Shown in pieces: positions 42,048-53,300 of a stretch of DNA of 64,000 nucleotides. The DNA is from Auanema rhodensis (taxonomy: Eukaryota; Animalia; Nematoda): NCBI GenBank assembly GCA_964057225.1, contig OZ059899.1, positions 13,764,001-13,828,000 of the forward strand. Direction: 5' to 3'. Each line of letters begins with the position of its first letter. The stretch's first letter is position 1. The notes below the pieces were generated by a model that ran no database searches, was not told the origin of the DNA, and worked only from the letters and a program-made list of their open reading frames with translations. The position numbers and the translations under genes were made by a program.

Positions 42048-42789
42048 TCAGGCATTAACCAAATGCTTATTCAATGAACTCAACCAGTAATTTATTATTA
42101 ATATTACAATTATTAAATGTTTACAACTAAATGGGAATATGATATATATATATAAAAAATTGGAATGAAGTAACAATTTAATATTCAAAATCTTATAATT
42201 TACTCTAAACAAAATAGATAAAAACAACACAATGCGTGTATTGATTTGTAACAGACTATGCAGCAAACAAGTTTCATTTTTATTTTCGTAACTTGTAGAA
42301 CGGTTGCATATTGTATAAAGCTCAAAATATCTACTCAAGAAAATTGAATAATTATAATAATTATGTTATAACATATATTCTCTTAAAATATTTTAAATGT
42401 TTTTTGTGAAACAGGAAACACGTCATGCACAAACTTTTAGTCAGTACTGGTGTTTTAGCCGTGAATAAACATTCATTGAACTTAAACCTTGTTTATAATC
42501 ATTGAAATAAATATTATTACATTGGAAACTTAAATTATTATTCTTTTTAAAAAAATATCTTAAATATATCTAAACCTCTTGTACGTCTATCGACAAAATT
42601 CAATTCAAATAACTCATTATATTTATATATATATATATGCGTTATAACCTAATTGCGGTTTATTTTTAGAAAGTGTAATTTTTACTTTTCAATTGTGCAT
42701 GATAATGTACTTGATATACTTGATAATTTCACAAAACTCTATTGGTTCAACGATGTCACATGTGAACCTTGTTTTCAGAGAATTCTATC

Positions 42790-43686
42790 ATGTTTCCAAC
42801 AGTTGCAGCTCGTAGTATAGGAACTACAACGTAATATAATTATCGTGTTGTGCTTGTGCTTGGAATTATTTTTTAGTTTTCCATTCTCATATCTAAATTT
42901 GATACCATTAACATCTTTTTTAATCGCTAAACTGTCACAGCTGTTCATTAGCATAATTTCGTTCATACAAAATTTGAAATTTATTTTTATTTTTTTTTAG
43001 ATCTGATCTCACTTGGTTCTCTCGGTTTTGTGCTTTAATTGGTTTCCGATCTTCAAGATCAAAACCTGCACCGGTGTCAACCAATTCAGGTCAAGTTCCT
43101 CAACAGGCATCTTCTGAAAAGACCATGTTTACATCTTCAGCTAACATGGTATATTCTTTAATTTACTTTAAAAAATATATATTAAATTCTAAAGGTTGCT
43201 GCCAGAATTCCAATGATCAAATTTGTGGGTGCTCGCCTTCCTCGTCCTAACTTCAACAGGTTTGGAACAAATTTTGAAATCTTTAAAATGTTTCTTACTT
43301 AGAAATGCTCTCCCTTCTATTCCCATCAGCGGAGCTTCCTCTGGAGGTTAGGCTATTCCATTGATTCTATGCTTCAATATATGCGTTTAGCACCAATAGC
43401 TGCAGCTAAGCCAACATCTATTGGCCCAGTTGGTAAAATTCCTCGTGGCCAAGGAATATCAGAGTCTCAACTTCCATTGCGATTCCAACGCTCACCCATC
43501 AGTCAGGAAGAATGCGACCTTATCAATGTATGTTTAAAATTTGTAATATCTTAGCAACATACTAATTTTACTGCATATGTTGTTGCCATGGTTACATTTT
43601 GCGGTCTCTATATACTTTAATGGGCGTGTCGGGTTCTATAGAGTGCGCTATATAGAATTTCTTTTCAGAATGGAGGTGTTCTATGA
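42790..43686 (+). CDS. KGD4: KGD4/MRPS36 (2-oxoglutarate dehydrogenase adaptor subunit)
   Basis: Basic mitochondrial-type N-terminus; RIPMIKFVGARLPRP; C-terminal LPLRFQRSPISQEECDLIN|NGGVL*. Confidence 0.85.
43582..43595 (-). promoter_or_regulatory. X-box (RFX/DAF-19 site) GTAACCATGGCAAC
   Basis: Exact match to GTHNYY-AT-RRNAAC; in the last intron of KGD4, ~470 bp upstream of the ccpp-1 ATG. Confidence 0.7.
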
Positions 43687-44064
43687 AAGAGCCTAAGTTA
43701 GGAGGCTAACCCATTTCGATTTACTACTAGTACGACTGTAGAATTATGTATGAACGTTTAACGAACGTCATGTAATAAACGATTTTCAATCAATATTTTT
43801 TCTTTTAGTTTCTACCTATCAAATCTGGTTCTTGTCCTTTTTCTTTCTTTTACAATTTACTCACAATATATCAAATACATAAATGTAATTCAGAATGGAA
43901 TAAATAATTTGAAAGTATATTTGACTACAAAAGGAAATATATTACAAGTAGTGGAAGGGAGGTATTCAATACAGTTCAACAGTCTTTAATAAATAGAATT
44001 TTTTTCAAAAGTATATCAGGTTTGTCTTCTTCATTTTTAAAACATCCTGCAATTATTGTTAAGA

Positions 44065-47000
44065 ATGCCTAACAGTTTTTCTATAAAACCTGAAAAGGTT
44101 GGCCAATTAGGTGGTGATATTTGGTGAGCTTTTCATTCTATTCTCTGTATTTCAAATCGACATTTAATTTTTTTTCTGTTAGGAATCCCAAACATTTCGT
44201 CAAAGATAAAGACTCAAATAGTGTTGCCTCTCGTAGTAGTCGTATTAGAAAAATTTCGGTGGAAGGTGCTAAACCTACCTCACCATCTTTGAAACCGAAA
44301 TCTACGAAGTAACTCATTTCTTCTTAATTTCCTCTATATTACTTTTTCTATTTTAGAAAAACACAAAGTGTCCCTCCACAAACTCGTAAACCCTCTCCGG
44401 GTAAATTACCTTCTGTTACTATAGGTTCTCCCGCTAACCATAAAACGAAAAAATCAAAATTATCAGGGTGAGTGATTCATTCTAGGATCCAGAACCTTAT
44501 CGGATCTCATTATAGAAAGATTAAACTTGCTTCCAAAATCCAATTGCCTATACACGATAAATCTGCTCATAGGTTTGCTAAGCTTATCACCTTCAAAGTG
44601 TTTGTGTTTTTCTAGAACAGGTACTGATAACCAACGGACAATACGTTCATCCTCTCGAATTAATCCCCTCTCGACCAATGCAGTAGCATCTTCACCCGAT
44701 TCTGGTACATACTTTTATGGTTCTCGCCCGGATCGAATCAACAATCCAATTGAGCCAGGCACTAGCAGTTCTAAAGAGTATTTAGAACAACATATTTATG
44801 TAAATATTTATATTTATTTATTAGAATCGGTAACGATAAAGCAAACAGGATCGATTATGACAAAGATGTTTCATTCCAATCAGATATTTCGGATATGGAT
44901 GCTTCACCTAGTATTAGGTTAGAAAATAGCTTAAGAGATGCTAAATTCAATATGAATTTTTCAGGATAGAATCAGGAGTTGGAGAAAATGTGATTCGAGC
45001 TATTCACGAAATAGTAGCCACTTGTATTAAAGGTACTCATGCTGAGCAAGCTGCAGTGTTATCAAAGTTTGTTTACAGTTATTCTCACTTATTCCTTTGC
45101 TTATTATATTGTTTTTAAGATTTGACTGTATTGGCGAGTCCTTAGATTATGCTCTGCTTACAAGATTTTTCGGAACAAAAAGTAAAGATCGAGAAGAATC
45201 AGCAAAGAATGTTTTTCAAGCTCTTGTGGTATATTTACCCAATCTCGAAATGAAATCGAAGATTTATTTAGACATCAACAGATAAGGATACAACTTTATT
45301 TCTCATAAAACTTTGTAGAATAATTACTCACGGAAGTGCTAGAGGTTATTTCATATGCTTTGTCTTTTCTCCACCCTGTTTACCTTGGATTTTAGCTCGA
45401 ACACGATTGATTAGACGTTTGGGAAGAGCAGAGGTTACTCTTTGTGTCATAAAAGCTCTTCGAGCTCGGTTGAAAATCAGTAATGCAACCGATGAAGACG
45501 AATACGATTTCAATAAATCTGGAAGACTGATCGTGATGTCTGATCAGGTGATTGATGAGCTGGTCGGCTTGCTCTTACATATGAGTGAGAAAGGTAGAAC
45601 GAACTTCTTGGAAGTTCCTAAAAGAAAATCAAAATTCTTTCATATTTTAGATCCTAGCTTTCAATCTCGTATACGAGATGGCGGTGTTCTTCTCCTGTTA
45701 TGCCAAAATATGGCTTTTGGTCAACCTTTTTCTTCGCACATGCAGCTCTCATTATTTCGCAGAGCTCTCTTATCATGTAAGCTATAACGAGTTTAAAAAA
45801 ATTGGTTCAATCTTTGTATTACAGCAGTAAATGCTGAAATCTGTGGAGCATACGAAAATTTTGCTAAAGATCTTCTAGAAAGAGTAGAATTCTTAACTCA
45901 TCAAACAGAATCAACTCATGTTATCAGCTTTCTTTTCCATTTAGATCTTCTTTATTTCATTTTGAGAGACAGTAAGTTGTTTGATTTTTAAATTTATTTA
46001 GTTTACCTTGAACTCTACACATGTTTTTCATGCTTTTTCGCATTAAAAATACCTTCTTTCAAGTTTAGTTTTCTAACTACCGACTAAAGCAATCGTTTAC
46101 TGTAGCCTACACAAACAAAGCTTTAGCTATCCATCAACTTTTTAAATATCTCACCATTTTCTTTGCTATCTATTAGTGTAAATCATTAGAGTTTGTATGG
46201 TATTTAGCGTCATACTTCACTTTGTTTTGTTTATGAAAAGCATTCTCCCTCATATATCAGCTGTTTTCAGAACCCACTCGCCACCGTCTCATCGAGGAGG
46301 AGAGCATTGTGACGCGACTGCTGGCATTAGCAAACCATCAATTGTCCATTCTTCATGAGTTAGGAGCTGTAGACAATTTACCAAGAACAAGTCCCCAATT
46401 ACCAGCTATTTTCATGCGACTTGATGCTTTCACTAAAGCCATAGAATCAATTCATCTACTAACCTATATACGTAGGTCTTATACTTCGCTATATTCATCT
46501 GTTTCATTATCTTCAAATTTGCTTGATGAATCCTGTACTTTTTTCATTTTTAACGAGTACATATGCCATGTGTTGCTCTGATTTTGCTGTTTTTTATTTC
46601 CTGGTATCTTTGTGACATTTGCGAGCTTGCAGGGTCAGCTAAAGATGAACTTATAAACCTTGATTGTCTGGGCATGGTTACTAAAGGAATTGATGTCGTT
46701 CAAAATCCTGTGATGAAGGAATTTCCAGGAAAAAATCGATTACAAGTAAGTTTGATATTTAATATTCTGATTTCAACTTTGTCTTCATAGGATTCGTTAT
46801 GTTCTCTGTATATGAGCTGCCTTCCAACTGTTAGGTTCCCATTAAGTGGAATTCAGTTTCCTTTGAGTTTTGATTTACCAACTCCTATAAAACAGTCTAG
46901 GTTTGTTTATGCTTTCATAATGTTTGATCCTAATTTCGTTTAGAGCATCTGTATCTCCATTGAAATCTTGTAGCTCAAGTAAACCGGGAAGTTCTATTGA

Positions 47001-49988
47001 GAATCAAGATGAAATCTTGATCAGTGGTAAGCAATGCTGTTCCTCGTTTTTATTGCTGATTTGTTATTCAGAAGATGATCGTTTTGATGAGGATGATGAT
47101 ATCTTCACTGAGAACGAAAACAGCCGTGAAAATGAATTGCAGCGAACAGACATCGAAAAGGTGAGAACTTTTGTTTTTTTTTGTGAAAAATGCTTACCCG
47201 TTCCCTTCTGAAAGAACTGCATCTGTGATTTCTGATAGATGTTGTTCTTTGTTCTTGTCGTCTACCTCAAAACTTTCACTTTCTCTTGCAAAGAGTGTAT
47301 GCTCCAGCCTGATAAACAGCTGTACCGGAACTTATAACTCAAGTTTTCTGAAGTATTGTTTATGCTTGTTCCAAAGCTTTATGTCGGCATTTATGGATAT
47401 AGCTAAACACTAAAATGATTGAACATAAGAATATTCTTCATAGAAACATGTACAACCTACCTTCCTCATGATCATTGACTTCTTTTCATGCTTCCGTGAG
47501 CTTACCCTCAAATAATTTGTTCTTTTTGAAAGCTTGCATGCGGTGGTGCTCTCATTTTAATATTCAAACTAAACGAAAAATCTGGAAACGCCAGAAACGA
47601 ACTGTCAGTATATTTTCTATTTTATTATTATTCTCTAAAAACTAAGCTATATAAAATGAAAGTAATATAGATCATCATTCTGATTATTATTTTATTATAT
47701 TAAAATCACTTTTAGGATGCTTCATTGGCTTTGGCCAAGCAAAAACAATCCGAATTATCAGCCTATGATTCATATTTTTCTGAATTCACAGAAGATCCTC
47801 TGCCTACTCCATCAAAGGATTTTGAAGGATATAGTTTTCATTTTAAGAATCATGTCATGGTATATCATTCATAATTTAAAAGATTTCAACATTTAATCTT
47901 TTTTTAGAAAACATCTTCCGTTTTGCCGTTTGTCAAAATTGCTTATCCTGATTTGAAGGATTCTGATCGTGATCAAATTCAACAGCCTCTCTTAGTCTCT
48001 CATGACGCCTTGAAGTAGTGTTCACTATATCTTTCTTTAAATTATTCATTCTTATAGAGAAGCTGTTATTCAACAGCTGAATAATTCAAAAAAGAGTGTT
48101 CAGTTTAGTCCAAGGGTTGTCTATGATTTGGATGAACTCTGTGCCAATTCCCTTTTTAAATCTTCATCCCCATCAACCGTTCTGACTTGTGAAGATTCTT
48201 CTAGGTATTCATTTCAATATTATTGTTTCTTCACACATTCATATTCAGAATCGGTAGAATGAATTTAAGTAAAGATCACTTGCTCTTTGAAAGTCGCTTT
48301 GAGTCTGGGAACTTACGTCGCGTAACGCAGGTACGTTCAGCTGTCTTTGAATCTTTTCTGACTTTCATTTTTAAGATTTCACATCATCATTACCAACTTA
48401 TCTTAAATCCTGATATCAATCAAATTAATGACCATTACCAATGGTTCTATTTCGAAGTTTCAAATATGAGAGCAAACATTCCTTATACTTTTGAAATCGT
48501 CAACTGCTTGAAGTCAACTTCAATGTATTCACAAGGTTTGTACTTTTTGTCATTTCCTTTTTTTTATTTTTACATGTCAGGCATGCAGCCCGTGATGTAT
48601 AGCGTTCGCGATGCAGTGGCTGGAAATCCTCGATGGATAAGGGTTGGTGATTCGGTATGTTATTACCGGAATCTCTTCACTGATGATATATTTGAACCAG
48701 AAGGTGAAAAGAATGGAAAACGGTTAGTGTACTTCCTGCTTGTTGTTCTTGTAATACTGAAGTTCATTTTCTAGACCATACTTTTCCATTCGATTTGATG
48801 TTACTTTCAAATCTAAAGGGGATATTTGCTATTTTGCTTATCACTATCCTTATACATACTCCTTCCTTATGGTTTGTTGAATTTTCGTTTACTAATAAAA
48901 CTCTATTTTCCAGACAAACATCGATCGCTACTATTCATCGTTAAATCCTTTGCTACATTTCCGGAAAGATATCATTGGCCACTCACTTGGTGGAAATCCC
49001 ATAGTCATGCTTACTGCAACTGCAGCTGGCACAAAGCAAGACGTAGCAACCAGAAAGATTATCGTGATTTCCGCTCGTGTTCACCCGGGGGAAAGTAATT
49101 CTAGCTGGATTATGCATGGTCAGTATCATTCACACTTCTGAAGTCAATTTAAGTTTGCAGGACTTTTAAATGAGCTTTTATGCACAAAAAACGAAACCGT
49201 TGATACTCTCTTGACAAAGTTTGTATTTAAAATAATCCCGATGCTAAATCCTGACGGAGTGATCAACGGAAGTCATAGATGCTCTCTTGCCGGTGTCGAT
49301 CTCAATAGGTACTTTCAACCTTTTTTCATGCCATATGCTTTCATGTTTTTTTGCAGAGTTTGGGATAAACCTAGTCGTACTTTACACCCTGAAATCTTTC
49401 ATTCCAAAGGGATAATTCAATATCTAGTAAAAAAAGTTTCCATCTTGTTACATGAGACGCTATTATTTTAGACTGAAGTTTGTCACCGAACTCCATGGAT
49501 GTTTTTAGATTTTCATGGTCATTCAAGGAAATCTAGTATATTTTTATTTGGAAATAATCCAGAACAATCATATAAAGCTTCGGATAAGAAAATCCACCAT
49601 GACAACGAATTTACAGCTCTACCTGAAATTTTGGATAAGGTTGCTTGCAAACTGAATAACCCATTTGATTTTATTGTTTTTAAGGTTTCCGCTTATTTCT
49701 CTATCGACAACTGCAGATTTTCTATTGTTCCTTCTAAGGAATCGTCTGCCAGAGTTGCAATTTGGAGACAGTTTGGAGTAGCCAGATCTTACACAATGGA
49801 ATCAACATATTCAGGTTTTGAAACCGGACCGTTGAAAGGATTACAAGTGAGTACATATATTACCTGTCGTGAATACAATACAAACTTCGTCTTAGATTGG
49901 AACTTCTGAATTAAAAAAGATGGGCAGAGAGCTTTTGGTTGCCATACTGGAGACGTTAAAAACTGAAAAAAAAAAGAAAAAAGTCTAA
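44065..49988 (+). CDS. ccpp-1: Cytosolic carboxypeptidase 1 (AGTPBP1/Nna1), tubulin deglutamylase, M14D
   Basis: [70 protein letters not shown]; long helical N-terminal region. The start codon is less certain. Confidence 0.93.
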
Positions 49989-50310
49989 TACTTATTTGCT
50001 TTTCTTATATCTAGGCTTCAATATTGTATACATCTTTGCCTTATTTTTATGATCTCAATCTCTTCCCTGTCTACATGGGTATTTCAAAAAAACCGTCATA
50101 TTTCTTTTCTATCCAACAGATTCATTATTTTATTTTTCGCATATGATCTTGCCGCAATGCAGTAATTTCTTGATATATGCTGTTGAAATGCCTTTGAGAG
50201 GTTTTGGATAATAAAACTATTTATTCATTATACAGACACCCGTATTAAAACTTTTAAAATGTTGATATTCTTTTATGATGAGCAACATCAAATTTCATAT
50301 ATGTATATGA

Positions 50311-53300
50311 CTAGAATTTTCTGTTAAGAGGGATATGGGGAGGGGAGTTGCATACGTGACAGTTCTTCGTTTTCGGCAATGTCAAGCTTAGCAGAGGCAA
50401 AAAGAAAAATGTGGCATACGTCCATGATACGGATGTCACAACTACTAGGAATGTTCCAACCTGCAAGAAACAAAAATATGTTGTTGAAACCGGAATGATA
50501 TAACTTATTTACCTGGAAAAATGCATGTGTTTTAGCGAATAACATAGAAGCACCAGCTAAAAAGGAAGTAAATGCGGCTAATGACACTGGAGCAAGAGCT
50601 ACGGAGCCAGCATGCATGACTCGATGAGTAGGACATCCCTGAAAGAATAATATTAAGTAAATTACTGAAGGAAGACAAACGAACATCATGAGGAATGGCT
50701 GCGCCATAGTGTAGAGTATAATCAAAAGATAACCCGACAACTAAAACTAAGATTACAGCTTCCAGAACACCTAACACCCATCCCATAGATGTAACTATTC
50801 CAACAGATGTGCATATAATACAAATACATGTGAGAACAGCCGGAAAAGCCTAAAATAATAAAGTTCTGATATGAATGCATGTTAGAAGTATATACCTGGA
50901 AATGGAGGTGAATAAGAGCAAAAAGTGCTACTACGGAAATTGAAATAACTACTGAATATCGGCAATCCGATATGATAGACCTTTGAAGATCAAACCTTAA
51001 AAAACACGATAAAAGTTTGATTTTAGTATTATAAAGCATACCATGTGGACATCAGAGGCCACTCCGGTGCCCAAAAGCCGGGTTCAGAAGCCGTGTTCGA
51101 TAACAAATTGAAAGCATTAGATAACTTTGAAAAGCGATGTGAATATTCTAGTTTTGTTGGCAACAGTGCAGTATATCTGAGATGAGGTTTATAAATCAAA
51201 TGATTTGATAAATATAATCTTACCCAGTCAGAATTGAAGTATTATTATCAAATATAGGAGTATCATTATAAGATGTGAACAAGAAAGCAGTTGAATTTCT
51301 CAAGCAATAGTCGAGATATACATTTGTAAATAAGGAATTTGAGACATTGCAGCATAAAAACCTAAAAACAAAAATTATTTAAAGCAATAAATTGAAATTG
51401 ACGTACCCTGGTTGGCATTTATAGTTGTGACTCCAATCTAGAAATCGTTCTGGCCAAAACTTAGCAGTATGATTGATATACGGTAAATGTCTAGCTTTTC
51501 TAAGATCGTCAGCAAGTCTCTGCACAGCGGGAACAGTATCCAAATGGAAATGTGGATCATACCTAAACAAAATAATGTGTTTATTCTTCCTATTGTATCT
51601 AAAGCTTGCCTTAAAGGAGTGAAAGATTCTGCTTGAAATCGTGCAGTAGAATCACTTTTTTGTACTCCCCATACTAATCGTGCGAATAAGGGTAAAGCTA
51701 TTTTGCTGGCAACAAATTCGAAATTTCTTTCGGCATTGTTGTCGTACCTAAAGTAAAGCTTAACACTAAGTAACATGAATTGATTATTACCATTCATGAA
51801 GATTGGATGACACAAAAAGTTGTAAAGGATTATATTCGGGTAAATGAAACTCATTATAGGTGATAAAGCAGCCACCGATAACCACCAATGATAATGATGA
51901 CAGCCAAACAAATCGTCCCTGCAAATAGAATAATTAGCAACCGTTCTTCAGCGTTTAAAGTTGCGAATGACATGTTGCGCGTCGTAGTATGCTAATTAGA
52001 TTTAAAAAGTCTCTTTAATCAATATTTTATATAAAAAAAGTAAGAAGAGAGAAAAACAAAAAAGATTTAATTAAGATTTCGAAAATTACCTGAAGAATGA
52101 CTGATGGAAGTACTTCGTGGAAAGAGAACGAAAACCAGTTATCAATTCTAGGCAGGGAGGGTAAGCATTTACACCACCTGAAAGAAAGTGTTTAAAAGCT
52201 ATTCTAGATTTGCTTTACCTTCGCTGAAGAAGCAAAAAAGCGGGAAGAAATGATATAACTAAAAACCAATTCACTACAGCAGTCATACCAGCAAATAAAC
52301 CGAAACATCTGCAAATTATTTGAAACATTACGGCTAAAACGAGACAGAAGCTACCGAAAAACGATGACATTTGAGTGCATGTTAAGGAAAAATGGGATAA
52401 CAGTAGAGAAAGAAGTCAAGAAAATGGTTGCACCCGTATGTGAAAGGCACTATAAATATAATAATAATAATAAAGATAATAACAAAGTTAAACTAACTGT
52501 GTAGAATGTATGTTCATTCAAGTTTTCAGGGAACGAGCTGAAGAGCAGGAACGCATCATCAGTTCCAAAACAAATCAGCAATACAAAAATAACGAGGTTC
52601 AGCAAAGGAAAATCAACTGTGAACTGTGCATATACTGCTAGAGCTCCTGTAATAAATACGCAGAATAGGATTGAAAGCCAAAAAGCTGCCTGATTACCCA
52701 TAACTGATAATGCTAATAGTCCAAACACAGCCAAAGCATATGATATAGATCGTGAATGTAAGGCTACAACGAGCATTGTTAAGCCAGCAGCTATAAGAGC
52801 AAGAAAAGAATCTGACATAGCAGCGCTTAGAAGACGTTCCCTCTTCACATCCATAAGAATTCCTATAAAGCTTATAAATTTGCCCATATTTACTATAACA
52901 GTATTTCGATGATTTTGAATAAATTATTATAATATTCTGAATGTTTTCCTTTGGTTAGTTTGAAGGTATTATTCATTCAGATTGCATCTACGCATCGCCC
53001 TTGACATTGATCCGACATGAACCGTTCCGTATCTGATGCATAGCTTGCAACAATCCCCACCACGCTTCAAAAAAATTAAACTTTTTCCTATGACAAATCA
53101 AGTTGTCTCGAGTTAGGTTCTTCCAGTTATATGCGTGGATGGAAGCCGAGATCAATGTAATTCGTCATCTCTCATCCAGACAACAAAACAACAGCGTCAA
53201 CTTCAAAGTGTTGAATACCGTATTAGAACAGCAGAAAAAACTCCCTTTTCATGTTTTAGAGATGCAAACTTTAAGTTCCAGCTATTCTGCTTAGTTATTC

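Noticed and set aside
43543-43660. Two hairpins in the KGD4 last intron as an H/ACA snoRNA
   Set aside because: No ANANNA between the hairpins and no ACA after; the first stem is explained by opposing X-box half-sites.
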